38,751 nt of DNA from a phage. The stretch lies in the sequence record PZ465525.1; one strand, 5' to 3'. Below the pieces are notes generated by a model. The model saw only the letters and a program-made list of their open reading frames with translations. It searched no databases and was not told the DNA's origin. How positions within the stretch are numbered: position 1 is the first letter of the stretch; each line of letters begins with the position of its first letter. Shown here in pieces: positions 8,491-17,750 of the stretch. The translations under genes and the position numbers were made by a program.

Positions 8491-10742
8491 GTAAACTGAG
8501 TGCCGCACTTCAAGCGGCCCAACCGGGTCTTAGCCGTCTGCGGTCTGGTGGAGGTGGTATGGGCTACCGTGCTGCCACTACTCAAGCGGAAGGCGTAAGG
8601 CCAAGCCTGCTGGACTCCGTGATGCGATTCGCTAAGGCTGGTGCTGACATGTACCAAGCAAAGGAGCAACGCCAACGTGACCTTGCGGATGAACGCTCCA
8701 ACGAGATTATCCGTAAGTTGACCCCTGAGCAACGCCGTCAAGCCCTGAACAACGGGACTCTGCTGTATCAGGATGACCCATACGCTATGCAAGCACTTAG
8801 GGTCAAATCTGGTCGTAACGCTGCGTACCTTGTCGATGACGAGGTGATGCAGAAGGTACGCATGGGCCACTTCCGTTCCCGAGAGGAAATGGAGGAGTAC
8901 CGCCACCAGCGTCTCCAAGAAGGCGCTAAGTCCTACGCTGAGTCCTTCGGGATTGACCCTGATGACGCTGACTTCCAACGAGGGTTTAACGGTGACATCA
9001 CCGAGCGTAACATTTCGCTGTACGGTGCCCATGATGCCTTCCTGAGCGAACAGGCTCAGAAGGGTGCCATCGTGAACAACCGAGTGGAACTCAACGCTGT
9101 CCTTAATGACCCTGAGCTGCTGCGCCGCCCTGACTCTGGGCATTTCTTCGAGGCATGGATGAACAACAACCTCGCCTCTGGTGCAATCCCTAGTGATGCC
9201 CAAGCGACCCAGCTTATTAGTCAGTCGTTCAGTGACATTTCTAATCGGGCTGGTGGTGCTGATTTCCTGCTGCAAGTCGAGAACAAGAAGGTGACACTCA
9301 ACGGGGCCACTTCGACTTACCGAGAGTTACTTGGGGACGAACAGTGGAATGCCCTGATGGTCAACGCTCAGAAGTCCCAGTTCGAGAATGACGCAAAGCT
9401 CAACGAGAAGTACCGCTTGCAGATTAACTCTGCGCTCAATCAGGATGACCCTCGTCAGTCTTGGGAAATGCTTCAAGGCATCAAAGAGGAGCTGGACAAG
9501 ATTCAGCCTGACGAGCAGATGACACCGCAACGGGAATGGCTCATTAGTGCTCAGGCCCAAGTGCAGGACAAGATGCGAGCATGGACAGACGCCCAAGCGA
9601 AGGCTCTGGACGATGCCCAAAAGTCCCTCAACAAGCGAGCCGTTATTGACGCTCAGTTCGAGAAGCGCATGGCTGGTCAGTGGGTCTCTACCGACCTCAA
9701 AGACATGCCTACCAACGAGAACACTGGGGAGTTCAAGCGGAGTGACTTGGTGAACTACGCCAGCGCTAAACTCGCTGAGATTGACCAGATGCAGATTCCC
9801 GATGGGGCCAAAGACCGCTTGAAGTTGAAGTACCTTCGGGCCGACTCAAAGGATGGAGCTTTCCGTTCCGCCTTCGGCACTATGGTTACTGATGCTAGTC
9901 AAGAGTGGTCTTCTGCTGTGATTAACGGTAAGATGCCCAACGAGACTCCTGCTCTGGATGCTCTGCGCCGAGTTCGTAACGCTGACCCTCAACTGATGGC
10001 CGCTCTCTACCCAGATGCCGCCGAGTTGTTCCTCACGATGGACATGATGGACAAGCAAGGGATTGACGCTCAAGTCATTATTGATGCTGACCGTCTGGTT
10101 TCCACTCGCTCCAAGGAGCAACGGTTCGAGGACGATAAGGCGTTCGAGTCTGCCCTGAACAGCTCCACGGCTGCCGAGATTGCCCGTATGCCCGCTTCCC
10201 TTCGGGACTCTGCACGGAAGATTTATGACTCCGTGAAGTACCGCTCAGGGAACGAGAACATGGCAATGGAGCAGATGACTAAGTTCCTTCAAGGTTCCAC
10301 CTACACCTTCGAGTCTGAGGACGTGGAGAGTGGGACTATCGGTGTCATTCCGAAGAACATGATGCAGGTCAGTGATGACCCCAAATCGTGGGAGCAGGGA
10401 CGTGACATCCTTGAGGAGGCCCGTAAGGGCATCATTGCTCAGAACCCTTGGATTACCAACCAGCAACTCACCATGTACGCCCAAGGCGAGTCTATCTACA
10501 TGATGGACACCACTGGTGAGGTTCGCATCCGGTACGACAAGGAGCTGCTGACTAAGGTGTGGCAGGAGAACTCCCGCCGAGCCGAAGAGAAAGCCCGAGA
10601 GGAAGCCTTAGCCAAGGCCAACAAGCGAGCACCAATCACTGCGGTCAACAAGGCCAAGGAAACCGCTCGGAAACGTGCCGAGGAGAAACGCAAGCGCACT
10701 CCGAAGTGGATTTACCGTAAACCGCCGGAGGGCGAACAATAA
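8487..10742 (+). CDS. 15: gp15 internal virion (core) protein C
   Basis: 751-aa ORF at the conserved position (T7 gp15 is 747 aa); RBS AAAGGAGG. Confidence 0.92.
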   Translation: MSKLSAALQAAQPGLSRLRSGGGGMGYRAATTQAEGVRPSLLDSVMRFAKAGADMYQAKEQRQRDLADERSNEIIRKLTPEQRRQALNNGTLLYQDDPYAMQALRVKSGRNAAYLVDDEVMQKVRMGHFRSREEMEEYRHQRLQEGAKSYAESFGIDPDDADFQRGFNGDITERNISLYGAHDAFLSEQAQKGAIVNNRVELNAVLNDPELLRRPDSGHFFEAWMNNNLASGAIPSDAQATQLISQSFSDISNRAGGADFLLQVENKKVTLNGATSTYRELLGDEQWNALMVNAQKSQFENDAKLNEKYRLQINSALNQDDPRQSWEMLQGIKEELDKIQPDEQMTPQREWLISAQAQVQDKMRAWTDAQAKALDDAQKSLNKRAVIDAQFEKRMAGQWVSTDLKDMPTNENTGEFKRSDLVNYASAKLAEIDQMQIPDGAKDRLKLKYLRADSKDGAFRSAFGTMVTDASQEWSSAVINGKMPNETPALDALRRVRNADPQLMAALYPDAAELFLTMDMMDKQGIDAQVIIDADRLVSTRSKEQRFEDDKAFESALNSSTAAEIARMPASLRDSARKIYDSVKYRSGNENMAMEQMTKFLQGSTYTFESEDVESGTIGVIPKNMMQVSDDPKSWEQGRDILEEARKGIIAQNPWITNQQLTMYAQGESIYMMDTTGEVRIRYDKELLTKVWQENSRRAEEKAREEALAKANKRAPITAVNKAKETARKRAEEKRKRTPKWIYRKPPEGEQ

Positions 10743-10761
10743 GTGAAAGAAGGAGACCCTA

Positions 10762-13700
10762 ATGGATAAGTACGATAAGAACGTACCAACTGAGTACGAT
10801 GGTCTGTTCCAGAAAGCTGCTGATGCCAACGGGGTCTCCTATGACCTTCTGCGCAAAGTGGCGTGGACAGAATCCCGCTTCAAGCCTACCGCCAAGTCTA
10901 AGACTGGCCCGTTGGGCATGATGCAATTCACAAAGGCCACCGCTACGGCGATGGGCCTCAAAGTAACCGGAGGTGATGACGACGAACGTCTGGTGCCAGA
11001 ACTGGCAATCAACGCTGCCGCTAAGCACCTAGCGACCCTCGTTGGGAAGTTCGATGGTGACGAACTCAAGGCTGCCCTTGCGTACAACCAAGGGGAAGGC
11101 CGAGTTGGCGGTAAGCAACTGGAAGCCTACGCCCGAGGCGACTTCGCGTCTATCTCCGAGGAAGGTCGCAACTATCTGCGCTCCCTGATGGACGTGGCTA
11201 AATCCCCTATGGCTGGTCAATTGGAGTCCTTTGGTGGTATCACCCCAAAGGGTAAAGGCATCCCTGCTGACCAAGCGTTTGCAGGGATCACCAACGACCG
11301 GAAGCGCAAGGTAGGCACTGACCTGCCGGAGTCCACTGGGTTTGACGTTAAAGGTATCACACAGGAGGAAAAGGCAGACTCGTTCGGCCATTCCTTTTGG
11401 AAGTACCACGGCGAAACCCTTGACGAATACAACGAGCGTTCCACATTCTTCGGATTCTCTGATGCTGCCGAAGCAGAACTCTCTAATTCACTCCTTGGAG
11501 TTGCCGCTCGTGCTGCTCGCCTCGATAACGGTTACGATGTTTTCATCGACACTATTACGCCGACTAAGTGGAACTCTCACGTCTGGACTCAAGAAGAGCT
11601 AGAGAAGATTAGAACCGAGGTGAAGAACCCTGCGTACATCAACGCGGTGACTGGTGGTTCACCAGAGAACCTTGACGCCCTCATTAAGCTGGCTAACGAG
11701 AACTATGGGCTGGACGCTAAGGCGGCTGATGCTGGTCTTGGGGCTAAGCTGAGTGCGGGTGTCTTGGGTGCTGGTGTTGACCCGTTGAGTTACGTTCCGG
11801 TGGTAGGCGTGACCGGTAAGGGCTTCAAACTGGTGAACAAGGCGATGGTAGTAGGTAGCCAGAGTGCTGCACTTAACGTGGCCTCTGAGGGTCTGCGTAC
11901 CTCCGTTGCTGGTGGTGATGCTGACTACGCTGGTGCTGCCTTGGGTGGCTTTGTGTTCTCCGCTGGTATGACTGCCTTGGGTGACACCTTGGCTTCCAGA
12001 ATGAGCCGCACTAAGCCGGACGCTGAGTTCACCAACGAGTTCGCTGGGCCAGCCATCCGAATGGAAGCCCGAGAGACTGCACGTAACGCCAACTCCACTG
12101 ACCTGTCCCGAGTGAACACTGAGGGTATGGAGTTCAAAGGAGAACACAACGGCGTTCCGTATGCAGACTTCAAGGCCGAGGAAGGAGCGGTAGTCCTGCA
12201 CGATGGTTCAGTCATTAGTGCTGGCAACCCGATTAACCCGAAGACTCTGAAAGAGTTCTCCGAGGTTGACCCAGAGAAGGCAGCTTGGGGCATCCGCCTT
12301 GGTGGGCTGACCGAGATTGGCTTGAAGACCCTTGGGTCTACCAATGCCGACGTTCGGAGACTTGCGAGTGACCTTGTGCGCTCACCGACTGGTATGGAGT
12401 CCGGTTCTTCCGGTAAGTTCGGGGCTACCGCCTCTGACATCTATGAGCGCCTTAAAGGCACCGACCAGCGAACCTACAACGAGCTGTATGCTGCGATGCG
12501 GGTAGCGATGGATGGCCCTGAGTTCTCCACTGGTGCTGCCAAGATGTCTCGGGAACAGGCTCGCTACGAGGTTTACCGTAGGGCTGCCCTTGCGATTGAG
12601 CGACCGGAACTCCAAGCCAACCTGACGAAGGCTGAGCTGGGTGTGATGAACATCATCAAGCGACACTTCGACACTAAGCGTGAGCTGATGGAGAACCCTG
12701 CGACCTTTGGCCGATTGGATGCCAAGAGTATCTTCCCAGAGAGTCGCCATAAGGGAACCTACGTCCCACACGTTTACGACCGGAGTGCTAAGCAACTGAT
12801 GATTCAGCGGTACGGTGCCGAAGGTCTCCAAGAGGCCATTGCCCGTTCGTGGCTCACCAGCTACGCATCCCGTCCAGAGGTTAAGGCCCGAGTTGACGAA
12901 ATGTTGGCTGAACTTCATGGTGTCAAAGATGTAACGCCGGACATGGTGACTAAACACGCTATGGACAAGGCTTATGGTATCTCTCATTCCGACCATTTCT
13001 CCAACAGCTCTATCATTGACGAGAACATCGAGGGTCTGGTAGGTATCGAGAACAACTCCTTCTTGGAGGCTCGTAACCTCTTTGACTCTGACCTTCCGGT
13101 GACTCTGCCGGACGGCCAACAGTTCTCCGTGAATGACCTGCGTGACTTCGATATGTTCCGCATCATGCCAGCGTATGACCGCCGTATCAACGGTGACATT
13201 GCCATCATGGGCTCAACAGGGAAGACCGCTAAGGAACTCAAGGATTCCATCATGGAGCTGAGCAAGAAGGCCGAGAACAACGGTCAGCTCAAGGGCGAAG
13301 TGGAGGCTCTCAAGGATACCGTCAAGATTCTCACTGGGCGAGCCCGTAGGAACCATGACACTGCCTTTGAGACTGCACTACGTTCCATCAATGACCTTGG
13401 CTTCTTCGCAAAGAACGCCTACATGGGCGCTCAGAACATCACCGAGATTGCTGGTATGCTGGCAACAGGTAACGTTCGAGCACTGGGCCACGGTATCCCG
13501 ATTCTGTGGGACACTCTCTACAAGTCAAAGCCTGTAAGTGCTTCTGAGCTCAAGGAAATCCATGCGTCCCTGTTCGGGCGTGAGATTGACCAGTTGATTC
13601 GTCCCAAGCGAGCTGACATTGTGCAGCGCCTTCGGGAATCGACCGACACTGGGCCACTTCTCGCCAACATCGTTGGAACCTTGAAGTACAGCACTCAGGA

Positions 13701-14727
13701 ACTTGCAGCCCGCTCTCCGTGGACTAAGCTACTGAACGGCACGACCAACTACATTCTCGATGCTGCCCGTCAAGGGCTACTTGGGGATGTCATTGAGGCG
13801 ACCCTCAAAGGCAAGACAACCAAGTGGGAATCTGCTGGTTTCCTTCGAGGTGCCTCTGTGTCTCCTGAGCAGATGGCCGGAATCCGGTCACTAATTAAGG
13901 AACACATGGTTCGTGGAGAGGACGGTAAGTATTCCGTTAAGGACAAGCAGGCATTCAGTCTTGACCCACGGGCGATGGACTTGTGGCGACTGGCCGATAA
14001 GGTGGCCGATGAAGCGATACTGCGGCCACACAAGGTTTCCTTACAGGACTCCAAGGCGTTCGGTGCGCTTGGCAGGATGGCGTTGCAGTTCAAGACCTTC
14101 ACCATCAAGTCCCTGAACTCCAAGTTCCTGCGGACGTTCTATGATGGCTACAAGAACAACCGAGCGATTGACGCTGCACTCACTGGGATTATCTCAATGG
14201 GTCTTGCTGGCGGATACTACGCTATGGCTGCCCACGCTAAAGCCTACGCTCTACCTGAGGAGCGGCGAAAGGCGTACCTTGAGAAAGCACTGAACCCGAC
14301 CATGATTGCTCACGCTTCATTGTCCCGAAGTGCCCAACTGGGTGCCCCGATGGCGATGGTTGACCTTGTAGGTGGTGGCGTCTTTGGCTTTGAGTCCTCA
14401 AAGATGGTCCGTTCGTCAATCCTTCCGAAGGACACTTCGTACCAGCGCGACCCTAACAAGCCGTACACCGCTCAGGAGGTATTGGGAAACATGGGGTCTA
14501 ACCTGCTGGAACAGATGCCTTCGGCTGGCTTTGTGGCTAACGTTGGTGCTTCCGTGCTTAACGCTGCGGGAGTCGCTACGGCAACCAACAAGGCTACTGA
14601 GCAGGACTTTATGACTGGCTTGATGAACTCCTCTAAGGAGCTCGTACCGAATGACCCGTTGACCCAACAGTTAATCCTCAAAATATACGAAGCCAATGGC
14701 ATCAATTTGAAGGAGAAGCGCAAGTAA
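10762..14727 (+). CDS. 16: gp16 internal virion protein D with N-terminal lytic transglycosylase domain
   Basis: 1321-aa ORF (T7 gp16 is 1318 aa); N-terminal transglycosylase-like signature (...TESRFKPTAKS...GPLGMMQFTKAT...); stop TAA is the first three bases of phi17. Confidence 0.95.
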   Translation: MDKYDKNVPTEYDGLFQKAADANGVSYDLLRKVAWTESRFKPTAKSKTGPLGMMQFTKATATAMGLKVTGGDDDERLVPELAINAAAKHLATLVGKFDGDELKAALAYNQGEGRVGGKQLEAYARGDFASISEEGRNYLRSLMDVAKSPMAGQLESFGGITPKGKGIPADQAFAGITNDRKRKVGTDLPESTGFDVKGITQEEKADSFGHSFWKYHGETLDEYNERSTFFGFSDAAEAELSNSLLGVAARAARLDNGYDVFIDTITPTKWNSHVWTQEELEKIRTEVKNPAYINAVTGGSPENLDALIKLANENYGLDAKAADAGLGAKLSAGVLGAGVDPLSYVPVVGVTGKGFKLVNKAMVVGSQSAALNVASEGLRTSVAGGDADYAGAALGGFVFSAGMTALGDTLASRMSRTKPDAEFTNEFAGPAIRMEARETARNANSTDLSRVNTEGMEFKGEHNGVPYADFKAEEGAVVLHDGSVISAGNPINPKTLKEFSEVDPEKAAWGIRLGGLTEIGLKTLGSTNADVRRLASDLVRSPTGMESGSSGKFGATASDIYERLKGTDQRTYNELYAAMRVAMDGPEFSTGAAKMSREQARYEVYRRAALAIERPELQANLTKAELGVMNIIKRHFDTKRELMENPATFGRLDAKSIFPESRHKGTYVPHVYDRSAKQLMIQRYGAEGLQEAIARSWLTSYASRPEVKARVDEMLAELHGVKDVTPDMVTKHAMDKAYGISHSDHFSNSSIIDENIEGLVGIENNSFLEARNLFDSDLPVTLPDGQQFSVNDLRDFDMFRIMPAYDRRINGDIAIMGSTGKTAKELKDSIMELSKKAENNGQLKGEVEALKDTVKILTGRARRNHDTAFETALRSINDLGFFAKNAYMGAQNITEIAGMLATGNVRALGHGIPILWDTLYKSKPVSASELKEIHASLFGREIDQLIRPKRADIVQRLRESTDTGPLLANIVGTLKYSTQELAARSPWTKLLNGTTNYILDAARQGLLGDVIEATLKGKTTKWESAGFLRGASVSPEQMAGIRSLIKEHMVRGEDGKYSVKDKQAFSLDPRAMDLWRLADKVADEAILRPHKVSLQDSKAFGALGRMALQFKTFTIKSLNSKFLRTFYDGYKNNRAIDAALTGIISMGLAGGYYAMAAHAKAYALPEERRKAYLEKALNPTMIAHASLSRSAQLGAPMAMVDLVGGGVFGFESSKMVRSSILPKDTSYQRDPNKPYTAQEVLGNMGSNLLEQMPSAGFVANVGASVLNAAGVATATNKATEQDFMTGLMNSSKELVPNDPLTQQLILKIYEANGINLKEKRK

Positions 14728-14747
14728 TACGACTCACTATAGGGAGA
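14725..14747 (+). promoter_or_regulatory. Phage RNAP class III promoter (phi17)
   Basis: Exact consensus TAATACGACTCACTATAGGGAGA. Confidence 0.95.
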
Positions 14748-14797
14748 GGGAAGACCTCCTTCTCCCGATTTCTGATTCACTTTAAGAGGAGGTTTGC

Positions 14798-16660
14798 ATG
14801 GCTAACGTGATTAAAACTGTGCTGACTTATCCGCTGGATGGCTCGACTACGGACTTCAACATCCCGTTCGAGTATCTGGCCCGTAAGTTTGTCGTGGTGA
14901 CTCTGCTCGGTGTAGACCGCCGAGTCCTGACGTTGCCCACCGATTACCGATTCGCTACCCGCACGGTCATTGCAACCAACAAGGCGTGGGGGCCAGCCGA
15001 TGGTTACACTCAAATCGAAATCCGCCGAGTGACTTCGGCCACTGAGCGACTGGTGGACTTTACGGATGGCTCGATTCTCCGAGCGTATGACCTGAACGTC
15101 GCCCAAATACAGACCATGCACGTTGCTGAGGAGGCCCGTAACATGACCGCCGATACTATCGGTGTCAACAACGATGGTCATTTGGACGCCCGTGGTCGTA
15201 GGATTGTTAACTTGGCGTATGCCACAAGTGACCATGATGCCGTTCCTTTAAAGCAGATTAAAGAGCGTGAATCCTCTGCATGGAATGCCGTAACAAAAGC
15301 TAACGAACATGCTGACCGTTCCAATAGGGAGGCAAACCGTTCTCGTGACGAGGCCAGCCGCGCTCAACGTGAAGCTGACCGCTCAGCTCAACAGGCAGGT
15401 GTCTCTACGCAACAAGCAGTCGAGGCCAAGAAGCAAGCTGACCGTTCCAGCTCCGAGGCTGACCGAGCCAAAGGTTATGCTGACAGTATGACCGCAAGTG
15501 TCGCTGAGGCCAAGAAGCAAGCTGACCGTTCCGGCTCTGAGGCCAATCGTGCCAGTGATGGGGCCAATCGTGCTGCCGGAGAAGTGACTAAAGCTGCTGC
15601 TGAGGTTGCCAAGGCTGCTACACACGTTGGGACCGCTAAGGGACATGCTGATAGGGCTAACATTGAGGCAAACCGCTCCAAAGGTGAGGCTGACCGTGCT
15701 AAGTCTGAGGCCGACAAGTTGAAAAACATGAACGAGTTCGCTGGGGCGATTAAGGAGGTAACACCGAACAGCATTACGTTCAACCGTGGGGTTGTAGCCA
15801 ATAGCGCTGGGTTCCGATCAATGGTGGCCCCCCACCAGACTCCAAACGTTGGTGTTTGGCGGCAGGACAAGTCCGAGCTGAACATGACTGTTGACGAGAG
15901 TGGAAACACTGGATTCGTTGGGGCTGTTGGTACTCCGTGGCTTGGTTACTGGAACACCACTAAGGACACCTACGTTAGCACGACTACGTGGAACTACGAC
16001 AGCGGGGGTCGCCAAATCAAGGGAACTCTTGAGGTAGGGTACGGAAACAACTCGTCTATCCTTACAAGCTCTTTGGGTGAAAGTGATGCTGGCAACTGGA
16101 CATGTTTGACCAACTATAAGTGGTACAATGGGGGTGTCCGGATTGGCTCTGTACGTGGAAGCGGTCAAGATTGCAACGGACTCCTCCGCACAATCGATGG
16201 CTCTATAGGAAAATACATGGACTACTGGCAGAAAGTTGGTGAGAACAAGCATATTTTCTATAACCGCGAAGGTGGGAAAGCTCTTGAGGTACACGCAAAC
16301 GGCGATATGATTATGGAGTGGGGCGGCCTCCTGTCAGACCAAATACGAGCACGCTCACCCAAGCGGTGGACTTGGGTATACCTTGGGGCTGTAGCTGTTT
16401 CCAGTGACTTCGTTCTGAACTTCGGTCGCGATGTACGCGGGCTCCGTGGGTTCTTCGGCTTCCGTGGTGATCGAAGAGAGGTGGTGTATAAGCCGTTCAC
16501 GTTCCCGCCGCTGGACTGCAACTTCCAGATTAACCGAAAGGGGGACTGGCAGGTGTTCCAACTGACAAACGGTGGAACCACACTGATTCGCCGCTACGGA
16601 TGGCATGAGGGCGGGGACAACTACGAGTTCTACGCTGAGACTCCAAACGACAACTACTAA
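14798..16660 (+). CDS. 17: gp17 tail fibre protein (conserved N-terminal adaptor domain, coiled-coil shaft, divergent C-terminal receptor-binding region)
   Basis: 620 aa; N-terminal ~150 aa MANVIKTVLTYPLDGS...FEYLARKFVVVTL...ILRAYDLNVAQIQTMHVAEEAR nearly identical to T7 gp17; the shaft has repeated ADRS-type heptads; the C-terminal half has no resemblance to T7 gp17 (553 aa) as recalled. Confidence 0.93.
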   Translation: MANVIKTVLTYPLDGSTTDFNIPFEYLARKFVVVTLLGVDRRVLTLPTDYRFATRTVIATNKAWGPADGYTQIEIRRVTSATERLVDFTDGSILRAYDLNVAQIQTMHVAEEARNMTADTIGVNNDGHLDARGRRIVNLAYATSDHDAVPLKQIKERESSAWNAVTKANEHADRSNREANRSRDEASRAQREADRSAQQAGVSTQQAVEAKKQADRSSSEADRAKGYADSMTASVAEAKKQADRSGSEANRASDGANRAAGEVTKAAAEVAKAATHVGTAKGHADRANIEANRSKGEADRAKSEADKLKNMNEFAGAIKEVTPNSITFNRGVVANSAGFRSMVAPHQTPNVGVWRQDKSELNMTVDESGNTGFVGAVGTPWLGYWNTTKDTYVSTTTWNYDSGGRQIKGTLEVGYGNNSSILTSSLGESDAGNWTCLTNYKWYNGGVRIGSVRGSGQDCNGLLRTIDGSIGKYMDYWQKVGENKHIFYNREGGKALEVHANGDMIMEWGGLLSDQIRARSPKRWTWVYLGAVAVSSDFVLNFGRDVRGLRGFFGFRGDRREVVYKPFTFPPLDCNFQINRKGDWQVFQLTNGGTTLIRRYGWHEGGDNYEFYAETPNDNY

Positions 16661-16671
16661 AGGACAACCTC

Positions 16672-16687
16672 AGGCCCACGGAAGGGC
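16672..16687 (+). promoter_or_regulatory. Short hairpin downstream of gene 17
   Basis: GGCCC-ACGGAA-GGGCC: perfect 5-bp inverted repeat with a 6-nt loop; possible RNA processing or stability element. Confidence 0.35.
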
Positions 16688-16692
16688 CATCT

Positions 16693-16715
16693 TTATGACT
16701 CACTATAGGAGACAT
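16693..16715 (+). promoter_or_regulatory. Degenerate phage-promoter-like element between genes 17 and 17.5
   Basis: TTTATGACTCACTATAGGAGACA: matches the consensus core but has -12 T for C, one G missing at +1..+3, and a weak AT-rich upstream part. Confidence 0.35.
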
Positions 16716-16722
16716 TTCGTGT

Positions 16723-16926
16723 ATGTTGACACTAGATTTTAATAACGAGGTCATTAAGGCAGCGCCTATCGCTGGCGTTGCTGGGGCCGATGGTGTGGCT
16801 CGCCTGTTCTGGGGCCTGTCACTTAACGAGTGGTTCTACGTGGCCGCTATCGCCTACACAGTGGTTCAGATTGGTGCCAAGGTAGTCGATAAAGTAATTG
16901 ATTGGAAGAAAGCCAGTAAGGAGTAA
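16723..16926 (+). CDS. 17.5: gp17.5 class II holin
   Basis: 67 aa, MLTLDFNNEVIKAAPIAG...WFYVAAIAYTVVQIGAKVVDKVIDWKKASKE, near-identical to the T7 holin (recalled); one hydrophobic segment. Confidence 0.93.
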   Translation: MLTLDFNNEVIKAAPIAGVAGADGVARLFWGLSLNEWFYVAAIAYTVVQIGAKVVDKVIDWKKASKE

Positions 16927-16931
16927 CCACT

Positions 16932-17210
16932 ATGAGTAAACAACAGGACAAGAGCCTGACGGTGTTCCTTGAAATGCTGGACACAGCGATGGCTCAACGA
17001 ATGCTTGCAGACCTTGGGGATGACGACCGCCGTTCTCCTCAGCTCTACAACGCAATCAACAAACTGCTTGACCGACATAAGTTCCAAATCGGCAAGCTGC
17101 AACCTGACGAGCACATTCTCGGTGGACTTGCGGGTGCCTTGGAGGAATACAAGGCGAAGGTGGGCGATACTGGTCTGACTGACGACGACCTGTACTCTAC
17201 CATCCAGTGA
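16932..17210 (+). CDS. 18: gp18 terminase small subunit (DNA maturation protein A)
   Basis: 92-aa ORF after RBS AAGGAG at the conserved position; T7 gp18 is 89 aa. Confidence 0.9.
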   Translation: MSKQQDKSLTVFLEMLDTAMAQRMLADLGDDDRRSPQLYNAINKLLDRHKFQIGKLQPDEHILGGLAGALEEYKAKVGDTGLTDDDLYSTIQ

Positions 17211-17248
17211 TATACTCAAGGTCTCCCATTCGGGTGGCCTTTATGGAT
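17211..17248 (+). promoter_or_regulatory. RNase III-type processing hairpin (R18.5-like)
   Basis: TATACTCAAGGTCTCCCATTCGGGTGGCCTTTATGGAT fits the T7 RNase III site pattern ACTCAAGG...GGCCTTTATGAT. Confidence 0.7.
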
Positions 17249-17276
17249 GTCATTGGCACAAACAGAAGGAGGTACT

Positions 17277-17714
17277 ATGGGACTTCTCAAGAAGCTGGTT
17301 CCGTGGGTCTTCGCTGTGATGCTGTTCGGAACCGGATGGCATCTTGGCGCTGACTCTATGGATACTAAATGGAAACAGGAGGTACATCGTGAGTACGTTA
17401 AGAAAACCGAGGCAAGAGCTGCCACTCAAGCAGAAGTCAATAAGATTAGCCAAGGATACCAGCAAAAGCTGTCCACTCTGGAAGGCGACACTGATAGGCT
17501 TGTTACTGGCCTGCGTAGCGACAATAAGCGGCTGCGCGTCCGCGTCAAGCAACTTAGTGAAACCCCAAATGGTGACAGTGGATGCTTCACTGATGGTCGA
17601 GCCGAACTTGACGAACGAGATGCTAAGCGTATTCTCGCAGTGACCCAAAAGGGTGACGCATGGATTCGCGCTCTGCAAGAGACTATCAGGAAACTTCAAG
17701 AACAAAATCAATAG
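17277..17714 (+). CDS. 18.5: gp18.5 i-spanin (Rz-like)
   Basis: ORF track starts at ATG 17247, but the ATG at 17277 after RBS GAAGGAGG gives MGLLKKLVPWVFAVMLFGTGW..., an N-terminal TM segment plus coiled coil similar to T7 gp18.5 (recalled). Confidence 0.88.
   Translation: MGLLKKLVPWVFAVMLFGTGWHLGADSMDTKWKQEVHREYVKKTEARAATQAEVNKISQGYQQKLSTLEGDTDRLVTGLRSDNKRLRVRVKQLSETPNGDSGCFTDGRAELDERDAKRILAVTQKGDAWIRALQETIRKLQEQNQ
17389..17643 (+). CDS. 18.7: gp18.7 o-spanin (Rz1-like lipoprotein) embedded in the +1 frame of gene 18.5
   Basis: Embedded ORF with likely GTG start at 17389 after AGGAGG; lipobox ...ATISGC-ASASS; C-terminus MVTVDASLMVEPNLTNEMLSVFSQ resembles T7 gp18.7 (recalled). Confidence 0.8.
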   Translation: MSTLRKPRQELPLKQKSIRLAKDTSKSCPLWKATLIGLLLACVATISGCASASSNLVKPQMVTVDASLMVEPNLTNEMLSVFSQ

Positions 17715-17750
17715 GAGTAATCCGTTAGAGATAACATTTGGAGGAACGCA

